A stretch of 64,000 nt of DNA from NCBI RefSeq assembly GCF_006345805.1, contig NC_042998.1:5022001-5086000 (forward strand), written 5' to 3'. The notes below the pieces were generated by a model that did no database searches, had not been told where the DNA came from, and saw only the letters and a program-made list of their open reading frames with translations. The stretch is from Octopus sinensis (lineage: Eukaryota). Below, piece by piece: positions 26,231 to 39,249 of this stretch. Position numbers and translations under genes: made by a program. Within the stretch, counting starts at the first letter, position 1. Each line of letters begins with the position of its first letter.

Positions 26231-26305
26231 CGTGTGTGTATATACACACATATACATATATATCTATAAGCATTTATATGCATATATATATACATATATA
26301 CGTAT

Positions 26306-26445
26306 ATAGTGAGAATTTACAAAGAAACAAAAGACGCAGTCGGGTGTGTAAACAACAAACTGATGTATTAGTTTAACGCTCGGGAAGTGAAAAAGTCTTT
26401 TACGCTTCGAGCCTTCGCTCTTCGACAGAAAGGAACACAGAAATA
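26306..26445 (-). mobile_element. Family E repeat with hammerhead-like motif (26397-26432)
   Basis: Reverse complement CTTT-CTGTCGA-A-GAGC(gaag)GCTC-GAAG-CG-TA-AAAG; (TA)n flanks. Confidence 0.75.
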
Positions 26446-26471
26446 TACATACATATATATACATATATATG

Positions 26472-26790
26472 TGTGTAATATTCCAATATCCTTTGAGTAA
26501 AATCCAAGGATATTGGAATATTACACATATATACTATTATGCCTATAAAACGAATTTACGAATTCAATACCCATAAATATCTTACATCTATTTTCTTTCC
26601 TCCAACTCACTCTCTATTTATATCACATCGAAACTAACTATGACTTAATTTTTCCTCTCACACCGTCTCCGATGAAGGGATATTATTAATTAATATCCTA
26701 AAAACAGCTGTAAGGCCTTCTATCTATAAACGCTTTAATATCTATATACCCTCATTGGTTTTTTTTATCTCATTACGCAAAAAATTCTTA
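26472..26790 (+). mobile_element. PLE 3'/pLTR fragment starting with a 22-bp perfect hairpin, hammerhead-like motif at 26665-26716
   Basis: GTCT-CCGATGA-A-GGGATATTA(ttaat)TAATATCCT-AAAA-CAGCTG-TA-AGGC. Confidence 0.7.
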
Positions 26791-26922
26791 TATACATATA
26801 CATATATATATATATATACATACATGCATGCATATATAGATATGCACATATATATATATATATACATATATATGTGTATATATATAATGTTTTAAATCCA
26901 TCCCTTTTCACCTCTTTCTTTT

Positions 26923-26966
26923 AAAGGATTAAAAGGTTCGAACAATTGAAACCGGTTTCATCTTTT
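26923..26966 (+). ncRNA. Decayed hammerhead-like motif
   Basis: AAAGGA-TTAAAA-GGTT(cgaac)AATT-GAAA-CCGG-TT-TCATCTTT. Confidence 0.45.
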
Positions 26967-27081
26967 AGTAAAAACTAAATATTTTACACTTCAATGATAA
27001 AAATCTCAAATATTTTCTCTAATTGCTTTCAGTGTGAAGAAATTTCACTTATTATACACACACAAACACACACACACACAC

Positions 27082-27111
<30 letters not shown>

Positions 27112-27112
<1 letters not shown>

Positions 27113-27265
27113 GTAGAAATTTATAGAAAAACAGAAGACGAAGACGTGTATGAACAATGAGCAAGTGTATTAGTTTGAAGCTCAGGAAAATAAAGAAGTC
27201 TTTTACATTTCGAGTCTATGCTCTTCAAGAGAAAGGGATAAGGGAAAATAAAGAGAGAGAAAAAT
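27112..27265 (-). mobile_element. Family E repeat with decayed hammerhead-like motif (27200-27235)
   Basis: Reverse complement CTTT-CTCTTGA-A-GAGC(atag)ACTC-GAAA-TG-TA-AAAG. Confidence 0.7.
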
Positions 27266-28549
27266 ATGTACAAACACGCACGCACAAACACACACAATAA
27301 AGATAATTGACTTTTGGTATTTCTTGGCAGCTAGCAAAAGTTCAATGCCTAGGCCATTGATTCAGGGCAGTATTTGTGGTTTGTTAAAGACAGTGAAAAT
27401 TTCGAAAATTTTAATTGAAGCAATAGTAGTATTTTCATAATTCAAGCATTCATGCATATATTATACTATTAAATTAAATTATTCATTCTATTTCTATCCA
27501 ATGGTCCCCATGATCTCTTTATATATAACTATAATTCTCTAAAGGGCATTTATAAATGTCCAAATTTTTGGCCGAATCTACCATAGATTTATGTATGAAG
27601 CCAAAAACGTTTTGGAGTGATTGAAGTGTTGTTTTATGTATTATGTTAATACCTGCACACAAGTAAATGTTCGACAATTATTATTAAACAAACTATTGCA
27701 GCAATTTTTTTATTGCAATTTAACTAAAATATCGTTGTAATTTGAAATATGTTTAAAACGTTTGAATGTTTAGAATCATTTGCTTCAATCTTTAAAAATT
27801 ATATCTTAATAAATTTCAATGAATAAAAATGCAAGATCAAAAATTAGTCATAATTTAATTGAAGGAATAACTTTTCAGACTTGAAAATAAATCAATTATG
27901 TAATAATTTAATATTTCAAATTAATTGTTGAATTATTTAAAGTGATATCAAAGTAATATCACATGAAAGGTACAGGCACACTTTACAATATTTAAATTGT
28001 TGAGATTTACTTTAGTTTACAATTTATTCTAGTATTACTTGATTAACATCAGAAGACTTCTTATAAATAAAGGAAATAGATGTAATGAAACATTGCGATT
28101 CCTATTAAGAATAAACAAACCCATTTATCTTGTTCTTATTTTTCTTGTCTTGTATAATTTTTCTTTTCCAACTGAATAATACAATTAAAAATAAAGTTTA
28201 TTTTCTTACGATCACATATTTTATGTTAACCTAGTACCTAGTTAAAAGCGAATTGTACGCTAATTTTTAAATCGTTTAACCGAAACTAAGTTCTAGGTCT
28301 ATTCATATATATTTGGTTATATTTCATGGTATATGTAAAATAAATTTTGATCATAATTTAGTTAATGTTACGTAATCGTTTTAACAGATTACTATTGCTC
28401 CAGTTTGCTCGTGCATGCTAGCGGAAAGGCTTATTCAGGTGCTAAGAAGCTGCAATATAAACTCGAAAGTTACGAGTTCGAATAGTACCGAAGCTATTAT
28501 GAATTGATATATTGCATATTTTACCAATAAACTCAAATATTCAATTTTA

Positions 28550-28963
28550 CTCTTTTACTTATTTCAGTCATTTGACCATGGCCATGCTGGAGCACCGCCT
28601 TTAATCGAGCAAATCGACCCCGGGACTTATTCTTTTTTGTAAGCCCAGTACTTATTCTATCGGTCTCTTTTGCCGAACCGCTTAGTGACGGGGACGTAAA
28701 CACACCAGCATCGGTTGTCAAGCAATGTTAGGGGGACAAACACAGACACACAAACTTATACACACACACACACTTATATATATATATATATACATATATA
28801 CGACAGGCTTCTTTCAGTTTCCGTCTACCAAATCCACTCACAAGGCATTGGTCGGCCCGGGGCTATAGCGGAAGACACTTGCCCAAGATGCCACGCAGTG
28901 GGACTGAACCCGGAACCATGTGGTTGGTTAGCAAGCTACTTACCACACAGCCACTCCTGCGTC
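28550..28963 (-). mobile_element. SINE family A, full length
   Basis: 12-bp TSD TATTCAATTTTA at 28538-28549 and 28964-28975. Confidence 0.95.
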
Positions 28964-30787
28964 TATTCAATTTTATAATAGATTTTATTTTATTTCAAAC
29001 TATAATTTTATCTGGATGTCCAAAATATACTTTTGTAGGATAGAGAAAAATATTGAAATCGAGAAATTCTTATAATGCAATGGTTCCAATGAAATATTAT
29101 CTTCTGTATGGTATTCACAGACGACACAGTGAAATTTAGGGTTTTGGAATTTTAATATCTCTTTGTTACCCCATTGGATGATATGGAAGGTTATGAGAGA
29201 AACGTTGAATGCCTATTCTAAGCGGATTCAAAGAGATAACTGTCGACATTTATTATTAATGTTGGAAAGACTGATTAGGCAATAAAGGAAATAATGGAGC
29301 AGAAAGCAGAGACTCTCAGTAAGTTTATGGCATGTTGCAGGAATCTGCTACGTGAGTATTATAGTTGCTTGTTTCCTTTTACCTTAATCAAGTAATGCAC
29401 AAACGTGCTATGTCTGATGGCTAATATGACGGTATACTTGCACACAACTGAATGAGGAAATTGTATGAATTCATGAAAAGAATGAAAACTTTTCATCGTA
29501 GTTGAACGACTGACTTAGAAATGTTGCATCAGGATAAACTCAGATTGGATGAGCTGTCGATTGTACTCACAATAATAAAAACAGCAGCTATATTCTTAAA
29601 AGAGATCATTGACAAGTAGTCAAAGAAAAATCCACTTTATATTGCTTACATAAAATCGGAGGTAATTGTTAGTGGAGGACCTGACACTACTCCACTCTGG
29701 TGACTACGGAGATAGCTAGTGTCGTTAAAAAAACTATTAAGATTCGTGCAGCATTTTTTTGAGGTGGCTCTACTTAACATTAATGTCGGTGACTACAACG
29801 GACCTGTATGTGCAACGGCTCATCGGGAATCCTCCTTAATTACAGTCAATCTAATTATAGATAATTAGATGAAAAGGACCTCAGAAAAAGTATCAAACCA
29901 GTATATTGATTCTGCTTAGATTTAGTCTAATAGCAAAATAGTAAAGATCAAATTTGTTAATACTATACAAGAAAAAATTCTAACCGATTCAGCAGATATG
30001 TTTTAAAACAGAAAAAATTGGTAGGGCATCAATCAGGGACACTTTGTACATGCACATTGTATGAAGGGATGTGGACCACACTGAAACCATTAAAAGAAAC
30101 AGGCCTGATAGATGTGCACTATTAGTTAATTCTGGCCCCATGAATGAGGTACGTTAATCAAATATTTTTTTTATATATAATCACATAGCAACGTTTCTGT
30201 TAAACAGGTGATGCGAAATTATAATAACTAACTCAAGTACGCAACAGAGTTATTACTTCACTTAACGACAGAACATTTCTCCTTAAAATGGTAGATTGCA
30301 TGACATATTTATGAAGAAAATAATGTTATATTACAGTAAGATACCGGTAATAAAGGTGACCTAGAACAAGTCAAATATGATATGCTGAATATGTAATGGT
30401 ACCTATACTGAAATCAATCTAACTAAAAAAAAGGGATTTTATGTTGCAGACAAGTGATAAAGAGACGGAAGGTGATGAGATTTGAAAATTCAGGAAGTTT
30501 CATGATAAGTGGCATACACCGGGTGGATTTTATCTAATGACGTTGAACTCCACGAGGAAAATTCTAAAGTTTCGGACAAACCTATAATCTTAATTTCATA
30601 ATAATGTTGAAATATTCGAGAATTACAAAAATAAAAGAAACGCTTCATGTAAATGCTTTGGGGAGAAGTGGTCGAAGAGAAAAGAAAGAAAATTGTTTAT
30701 GGATCAGTACAGCGTTACACTAAAAAGGTTTGGTGTAAGACATTGCATATCTTTTGACCAACTGAATGAAAATAACTCGATTATAAT

Positions 30788-30984
30788 AATCCTGTCTACT
30801 AAAGGCAGAAGGCCTGAAATTTGTGGGAGGGGAAAAGTCGATTACATCGACTCCAGTACTCAACTGGTACATGTTTTATCAACCCAGAGAGGATGAAAGG
30901 CAAAGTTGACCTCGGTGAAATTTGAACGCAGGACATAAAATCGGGCGAAATTTCGCCCGACGTGCTAACGACTCTACCAGCTCA
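30788..30984 (-). mobile_element. SINE family B (tail type ii)
   Basis: Central block plus GGCCTGAAATTTG tail. Confidence 0.8.
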
Positions 30985-31232
30985 TTACCCTAAATTCGAT
31001 AATAATAATAATAATAATAATAATAACACATTTATATTTTTACAGTTATATGCAGTCCACTTGTCAATTACAAGCCTACTAAAAAGATATGTTACCCATG
31101 CACACGTATATGTGTGAACGCGCACAAACAAAACGTTGAAACAAAACTGTTTGACCGGAAGGTGACGCACAAAATATTCACACTTTAATCGCTTCATGCA
31201 TAGAGATCAGGTAGCAAGAATATGTATTTATA

Positions 31233-31647
31233 AGGCGGCGAGCTGGCACAAACGTTAGCACGCCGGGCGAAATGCTTAGTGGTATTTCGTCTGTCTTTAC
31301 GTTCTGTGTTCAAATTCCGCCGAGGTCGACTTTACCTTTCATCCTTTCGGGGTCGATAAATCAAGTATCAGTTACGCACTGGGGTCGATGTAATCGACTT
31401 AATCCCTTTGTCTATCCTTGTTTTTCCTCTCTGTGTTTAGCCCCTTGTGGGTAGTAAAGAAATAGGTATTCCGTCTGTCTTTACGTTCTGAGTTCAAATT
31501 CCACCGAGGTCGACTTTGCCTTTCATCCTTTCGGGGTCGATAAATGAAGTAACATTTACGCACTGGGGTCGATGTAATCGACTTAATCCGTTTGTCTGTC
31601 CTTGTTTGTCTCCTCTGTGTTTAGCCTCTTCTGGGCAATAAAGAAAT
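31233..31647 (+). mobile_element. SINE family B (tail type i): one head plus two 184-bp units
   Basis: 17-bp TSD AAGAATATGTATKTATA (31216-31232 / 31648-31664); units start at 31281 and 31465. Confidence 0.93.
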
Positions 31648-31736
31648 AAGAATATGTATGTATACTATATGTATTTACCACTTTCACAGAAATAAATACT
31701 AAAATTCATCCTAAATGCTATTATGCTAGAAATTAT

Positions 31737-31870
31737 ATAAAACAAGCGTGCTCCAGAATAATCTGAATAAAAGCGTGTAGGTATATAAGCACAGAGATAC
31801 ACAATAAAACAAGCGTGCTCCAGAATAATCTGAATAAAAGCGTGTAGGTATATAAGCACAGAGATACACA
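31737..31870. repeat. Perfect 67-bp tandem duplication
   Basis: 31737-31803 equals 31804-31870. Confidence 0.92.
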
Positions 31871-33157
31871 ACCAGTCACAAGATTAGTTTACATCTCAGT
31901 AATTATAAAAGTTAAAAATTAAGAATACGTTGCCGAGGTAAGATTTGTTAGTTTGTGGGATGAAGTTATTTTTGTTTAAGTACAGGTGTGACTTACCCAT
32001 TCTCATCCTCCCCTCACCAACCCTCGGCTTTTTTAACACAATTAAATGATGAGAAACACACTTTAATCTAATAAATGTGTACAAATTAGGATGATTTATC
32101 TGTCGCAGGTTACAATTATAGCAGCCATAGAAGACATGAAAACCAAAGGGGTATTTCAAATGAAGTATCTTATTTACAATCTGATTGTGTCTTATGACAA
32201 TTCTTAATTAAGAAACATGTTATTGAAATATAAACTTCACACATTCACGTATACGTGCATGCATAGAAGGAAGTGTATATATCTACAGTCATACGCATAT
32301 ACTTCGAGGAGAAAAATGATTGACTGACTGACAACGACTTGCTTCCAGGAATCAAAATTTAAATCATGTTATGATCATTACATTTAAAAGTCTGCAAGTA
32401 AAACATAAATTACACACATGAAACAAGCTTTCTTGTTTTATGCCTGAGGTGGTCAACAACGAATGCAAACAGAATATTACTAATGAGAAGTTTTCAGATA
32501 AAAAAAAAATTAAAGTGAAATATTCTATGATATTTATTTGGATTAAATAATTTATTCTAGTTATATTTGTTATTAATTTGTCGAAATCACAACTATATTT
32601 TTTGGCAAATTTCTTATTTGTTATTTAGGTGTGAGTCATAAATCTTGTGTATTTAGGATATTAGACGACTGGGCTAATAGTTATTACCATGTTTTGCCTG
32701 AAATTACCTTTCTTAGCTTCTATATGATTTAATGGTTTGAAGTAACTGGGGAATATGGCTGTGTATACACACAGTATTTCCAACGTATCACATACTGAGA
32801 AAACTTCAGTGACTGATTCGGTAAAAATTAAAACTGGGAAGATGAAACGCTTCAAAAGACTCAATTATTCGTCATCGAATTATTAGCATTCTCATGAGCC
32901 GAAAATTAGTGACATATTTCCATGGAAAGTGTCATAGCTAAATAAATTAGTATATTATATTTTTATACTTGTTATATCCTTATGGATTAAGGAGTACACT
33001 GCTACAGTGTAATAACAATATAATCGAAACAAACGGCAGTAATCACACGGAACGTAACAACAATCTTTTAAGAACCAACAATCCGACACGCTAACTCGAA
33101 CTGTAAATTTTGAACTCCGACTTTGAACTATCAACACGTTAACTGCGGAACTAGCAC

Positions 33158-35480
33158 GATGATTTTATTGAAATCACAAGAGTTAAACAAAGAGGGGGCA
33201 ATACATGGGACAAATAGAGGTCGGGGACTTATCGAATGAGATTACATTCATGAGTAAATACAATATAATTTCGGATGAAGAGGAAAGAATGGATGGACGC
33301 GGAATGGGTTTGACCCCACCAGTCACATTTCTGCGTTGAACCGTTTAGTTCGTCCTTTTTTGTTGTCAGACGTGTCTTCTCCAGATGTGTCTTCTCCAGA
33401 CGTGATTTCCTTCTTAACCGATATAACATGAGGTTAACCAAAGCATGCCCAAAGACAAAGATGTTTAATGCGATACCTCTTACATGCGTCTTCCATATCA
33501 CCCCTTTTCGCTGTATCTATTATGGCTAGGAAACAGAACTTTTCTTCTCCTCTTAGAGGAGACGGCAGAACAATCTTGATAATCAATTCGGCTGGTAGCT
33601 GCACTCTCCCCACCTGTGACAGTACTCGTTTGGTAGACACCCACAGGTCCGAGAGATTCGAGCACTGTACGATAGCATGCAGAACAGTTTCGTTACTCTG
33701 CCCGCAATGTGGACACGTAGGCGAAACCGTGACGCCGTGCCTCACGAGTTTATCCCGAACTGGCAAGGTACTTCGGAAGGACCAAGCAAGGGACCTCTGG
33801 AAGTTGCCCAGAGGTCTCGGGTCTAAAGTCCTACGATGCGGGCTGGCAAGCTGACATTCATTGAAACCCAGAGTCTCCACCAGGCCGTCATCACACTGGC
33901 CCTCTACCATGGCTCTATAGTTCGCCGAAGTGGTACCCCCTATGCCGGCATTGCTCGTTCGTGAGAAAAGCACGAGCACCTGTAGACACTCTGCTTTCCA
34001 AGCTCCCATGCTTGGTCTACGCCTGATCCAGCATTCCATTTCCCCAGAAGAGGTAAAACTTGGAAATATCTCATCACCAAACAGAAACCACGCCCACTCA
34101 CCGTCCAGGTAGAAGCAGAGATGCCTCAACCTGAGCGCATGTCTGCACGTCCTTAGCCACGGCATCCCTAACCCACTCTTTAGCAGCTGTTGGCAGCAGT
34201 TCGGGCGCCTTACAAGAGGCCGCCTGCCCTTCCACAAGAAGTGGAAGAGCATGCGTTCCAACTTGTTTAGCCATGAATCGGGGCACAGCACGACTTTTAG
34301 ACGATAAATAATGACAAATGCGGTAAACACATTTGAGTGATTGTGTGTGTTTGTGTGAGTGCTTGCGTGGATGTTTGGTTGGGCTGTGAATGTGCAGGTG
34401 TTTCTGTGGGGGCGGGGTAAGAGCCTTTTCTTTTTATCTCTTCCCTTCCCGCGTGCTCCCACTCTGTGTCTTCATCTGTCTCTGACTCTGTTGTGTTTTG
34501 TAAGAGTATATCCTCCACTTTCCCAGGTTTTGGTTGGATTTTCGCCGTAGTTGTAGGTGCTTCTAGTTTTGACGGCGGTGGTCGAGGTGCTGCTGGTTTC
34601 TCCTTCAGTGAGGTGGCTACTTTTTCTGCTGCTGCTGGTGGCACACATTCAGCCCTAATGTACCATTTCTGTCCGCATTTATAACACCTGGGCTTCCAGC
34701 CATCCACGTTCACTCTCAACTTCCTCTCTCCCACCGAAATTATGTCTATAATGTTCTCTAAGTCTCCTGGGGGCGGCCTGAATTATCAATTCTAAAGCTT
34801 GTCCCAGCGAGTTCTGCTGTTGGCACTTGTAGGCTTGAAGGATAGTTATTTTATCCTCTAAGCCCATTAAGATTGCATCAATAAACGAGGCAACATCAAT
34901 TTCCGGTGGTATTCCTCCACTCTTACCTTGGAAGCGCATCTAGCAAGGTATGTGGGCAGGAGAGCCGCCTTGGCTGTTTTCAACGGGTTCGTTAAATTTT
35001 GTCTGGCTTTTTCCTCGGTACGGAAACGCACATCTACCGTGTCGCATCGCTTTTCCATAGTTATGTACGTTACATCCATCCAAATGGCGCGAAGCCATTT
35101 CTCCACTGTTTCTTCAGTCGCCTGTTCTATTCTTTTCGATTTCATTGACACTGTTTTGTAAAACACAGTTTTCCTTGCTGCATTCTGTATAATTTCTCCG
35201 GGAGGTGAAACTTCCACCGCGTTACCCTCTCTTCGTAGTATATTTTTATGTCTGCCCGGTTCGAAGCAGACATTTTCTTTCGCCACGCTATCAGCCGAAG
35301 CAAAGTTTACGTTTTTCTCCGCATTTTCTTCCATTCTGCTTTCTTCATCTTTCTTCTGTCTTTCCATTTCCTTTTGCCTGCGTCTCACGCAGTCTTCTTC
35401 CAAACACCTCGCCATTAGCGTCTCTTCATCTCCCGACAAATTGTTCATTTTGCACTAACTGACTTAAATAACTAACCGCC
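33158..35480 (-). mobile_element. L1/Tx1-like LINE, internally deleted (ORF1 joined to ORF2 C-terminus), frameshifted
   Basis: ORF1 pieces 35448-34297 with zinc knuckle CYKCGQKWYIRAEC; ORF2 tail IIYRL...FLWKGRRPLV...GLGMP and zf-RVT LPVRDKL...CPHCGQSNETVLHAIVQC; AATAAA near 33164; no endonuclease or RT core. Confidence 0.88.
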
Positions 35481-35701
35481 GTATCTACTTACCCTTATGG
35501 CTGTATGAATCTGTCTATCCTTATAATGACGATAAGCATTTAAAGCTACAGGCAAATAAGATAATTAATAATGACTGGCATGGCTACAACCTTCGGTCTG
35601 GATCAGGTAAAAGATAAAATATTTGCTAATTAAAGTTAACTCACTTTAATTTAACTGTTTATCGAATATATCTTTTAATGATTAAGTCCGCTAGACACAA
35701 T

Positions 35702-35917
35702 AATCCTTTCTACTATAGGCACATGGCCTGAGGTTCTGGAAGAGTGAACTAGTCGATTACATCGATCCGCTGTTTCACTGGTACTTAATTTATCGATCCC
35801 AATATGATGAAAGGCAAAGTAGACCTCGGTGGAATTTGAACTCAGGACGTAGCAACAGGCGAAATACCGCTAAGCATTTCGCCCGGCGTGCTACCAATCC
35901 TACCGCTTCACCGCCTT
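35702..35917 (-). mobile_element. SINE family B (tail type ii)
   Basis: Head and central block intact. Confidence 0.88.
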
Positions 35918-36249
35918 CTTTGAACAAAATAATGGTTGAAAATATTCAACAGACCGGAAACAAACCAAATTTTGACAGATTGTTGGCATATACGTATGAA
36001 AGGAACATCGGTAGTTATTGCGAAGTCACATTATCTCTTTGAAAGGCTTTCCCTGCATATATGTATTACGTTATATAATGACGGTTTATATCTAAGAAAC
36101 CTTTCTAATTATCAAAATAAAAAAAATGTTCAATAAAGATTAAAGTAATTTCAAATTTTCACCCACTTGTCTGCTATTTACAACAAAATCATAGCGGGTG
36201 TGCGCCACGCTGAGGGCTGATCGCGGTTAGATAAAGCATCATAGACAGA

Positions 36250-36468
36250 AATATTCTTTTCTACTCTAGGCAAAAAGTCCGAAATTTTGAGGAAGGGAGC
36301 CAGTCAATAAGATCGACGCCAGTACACAACTGGTACTTAGTTTATCGACCCAGAAAGCATGAAAAGCAAAGTCGACCTCAGCAGAATTTGAACTCCGAAT
36401 GTAGCGACAGGCGAAATACTGTTAAGCATTTCACCCGGCGTGCTAACGTTTCTGCCAGCTTGCTGCCT
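36250..36468 (-). mobile_element. SINE family B (tail type ii)
   Basis: Head and central block intact. Confidence 0.88.
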
Positions 36469-36626
36469 CATCTGAAATATTGTTTCACATCTTGTTTGGA
36501 AAGTCTCTTGACTAAAATATGAACAACTACACACTTTTTCTGAAACGCTAAGTTGAAATATGGTACTCGTATAAAGTGTATGGCTTCATACTTTACTCCA
36601 ATATACTATTCCAATATTGTACTTAT

Positions 36627-37032
36627 ACTCTTTTACTCTTTACTTTTTTACTTGTTTCAGTCATTTGACTGCGGCCATGCTGGAGCACCGCCTTTAGTCG
36701 AGCAAATCGACCCCGGGACTTATTCTTTGTAAGCCCAGTACTTAGTCTATCGGACTCTTTTTGCCGAACCGCTAAGTGACGGGGACGTAAACACACCAGC
36801 ATCGGTTGTCAAGCAATGCTAGGGGGACAAACATAGACACACAAACACACACACGTATATATATATACATATATACGACGGGCTTCTTTCAGTTTCCGTC
36901 TACCAAATCCACTCACAAGGCTTTGGTCGGCCCGAGGCTATAGTAGAAGACACTTGCCCAAGGTGCCACGCAGTGGGACTGAACCCAGAACCATGTGGCT
37001 GGTAAACAAGCTACTTACCACACAGCCACTCC
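36627..37032 (-). mobile_element. SINE family A flanked by a ~147-bp direct duplication
   Basis: 36480-36626 repeated at 37033-37178. Confidence 0.93.
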
Positions 37033-37303
37033 TTGTTTCACATCTTGTTTGGAAACTCTCTTGACTAAAATATGAACAACTACAGACTTTTTCTGAAACG
37101 CTAAGTTGAAATATGGTACTCGTATAAAGTGTATGGTTTTATACTTACTCCAGTATACTATTCCAATATTGTACTTATGTGCAAAAATTTTCAGTTTTTA
37201 CTCGAAAATAGGGGTTAGTTTTGTGGGAAGGGAAAAATGGAGATGCATTATATATACATGGATGTGTCTCTTAATCGCTGGCAAATAGGCTGTATGTATA
37301 CTA

Positions 37304-37368
<65 letters not shown>

Positions 37369-37369
<1 letters not shown>

Positions 37370-37762
37370 TCTTTTAGCCTTTTATTTGTTTCAGTCATTC
37401 GACTTCGGGCATACTGAAGCACCACTTTTATTTGAACAAATTGACCCTAGATCTTATTCTTTGTAAGCCTATTACTTACTGTATCGGTCCATTTTGCCGA
37501 ACCGCAAGGTTACGGAGACGTAAACACATCACCATTCGTTGTCAAACGGTGGGGGGAGGGGGGGCAAACGCAGACATAAACATACACACACACACATATA
37601 TATATACATATACGTTTTCAGTTTCCGTCTACCAAATCCACTCACAAAGCATTGGTTGGCCCGAGGCTATAGTAGAATACACTTGCCCGAGATGCCACGC
37701 AGTGGGACTGAACCCGGAACCATGTGGTTGGTAAGCAGGCTACTTACCATACAGCCACTCCT
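37369..37762 (-). mobile_element. SINE family A (older)
   Basis: Homology to the other A copies. Confidence 0.88.
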
Positions 37763-37774
37763 ATATATATTATT

Positions 37775-37930
37775 CAAATATACAGAAAGCAAAAAACAGA
37801 GAATTTGAGGGAACAAGAAGCAGGTGCAATAATTTGACGCTCGGTAGAAATAGAAAAGTCTTTGAGGTTTCGAGCCTACAGTCTTCGGCAGGAAGTGATG
37901 AGCGGAAAAAATGGAGAAAGAGAAAAAAGT
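37775..37930 (-). mobile_element. Family E repeat with decayed hammerhead-like motif (37860-37895)
   Basis: Reverse complement CTTC-CTGCCGA-A-GACT(gtag)GCTC-GAAA-CC-TC-AAAG. Confidence 0.65.
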
Positions 37931-39249
37931 GTGTGCGTGGTGTGTATGTGCATGTATGTGTGCATGTGCGTGTGGAAAGTATAGCTTTACATTGTCTCAT
38001 ACATGTTTAACTAAATGCCAATTTACTGAAAGTAGTTAATTTGTAGCATCAAAACAAATTACTTCACTACACGTCTACAATTTCATATCTGAAAAGAAAG
38101 GAGATGCTGAACTTAATGTTAAATGTTAAAAAAATATGGCTGAGAAAATAACGATAAATATGAAGTGGAAAACTATACATGTAAACAAAATGCTAAGGTT
38201 GAGCATCAGAAAACATTGGTTTCTTTAAAAGAATAGCAATATTAAAGTACAAATGTGTATGAATGTGTATAACAGTGTATGTGCTTGTGTGTGTGTGAGC
38301 TTGTGTGTATGTGAATGAGTGTGTGTGTGTGTATATGTGTGTGCCTGTGCGTGTATAGGCGTTCGTAAAGGAAAAAGTGAAAGCATCTGAGAACAGTAGC
38401 TGTTCGTCAGTTCATCTTTATAAATAATGCTTTGATGTCCTAACGATTCAGTGGAGAAGAAAATTGCTCTTTCAGTTACACCTGAAGAAGTTTCTGGCTT
38501 ATTGTCTTCGATTCTGATATCGTTTACAAGTACTTGGGATAGCATATAGTATTTGTTGTATATACTTGAAGTTTCGATTTCAAATTCATGCTTGCCTGCT
38601 TCTTTACGAGCCTTTGCTTACTTTGAAACAAAATGTTAACGAAAAACTACATGAGCATTTGAAACTCCACTACCTACATCGATTTATATCTCCCATAAAT
38701 ACAACACTCACCAAAGCAGACTGTCAGCAGTCTCCTTGGATTGTTTTCTCTGATATCTAACCGAGTCGGTGGACTATCCTTCATACAAAACGAAGAGACT
38801 TCTTGTTGTCTCTGCATACTACGCTACTTGTGTTTAGGCATACCTCAGTTAGTCACCATATATAATTTCTGTTTCATTCATGCACACATATTCAGATCAT
38901 GTGCCCTTTTGAAATGAATACAGGAAATATTTCCTGGGGTCCAATGATGGGATAACGCTCAATGTCGAACATGATTGGGATGATTTGACCTTGGTCATTA
39001 ATCAACAAAATTAATTACTATTCAGTTCGTTACCATCTGAGCCACCCTTACAGAACAGATGATATCACAATAAATTGTACTAAGGTAATGGCAACAACGA
39101 TCCTTTCAAATTAAAGCCCAAGGCTGGTAATTTTAGGTAGTTAGGGCTAGTTGCACAATTATATATCTTACGATTTATGCTTGCATGTTTTTGAAATAAC
39201 TAAGAGTTGAAGTTAAATAACGTTTCATATTATGAGTTTAAAAAGATTG

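Noticed and set aside
29100-30700. Coding-like base composition (also 24600-25200 and 59300-61600)
   Set aside because: Probably ancient transposon relics, but no motif is clear enough to classify and there are stops in all frames
32756-32887. 43-codon ORF MAVYTHSISN...
   Set aside because: Short, with no homology or splice support that I can see
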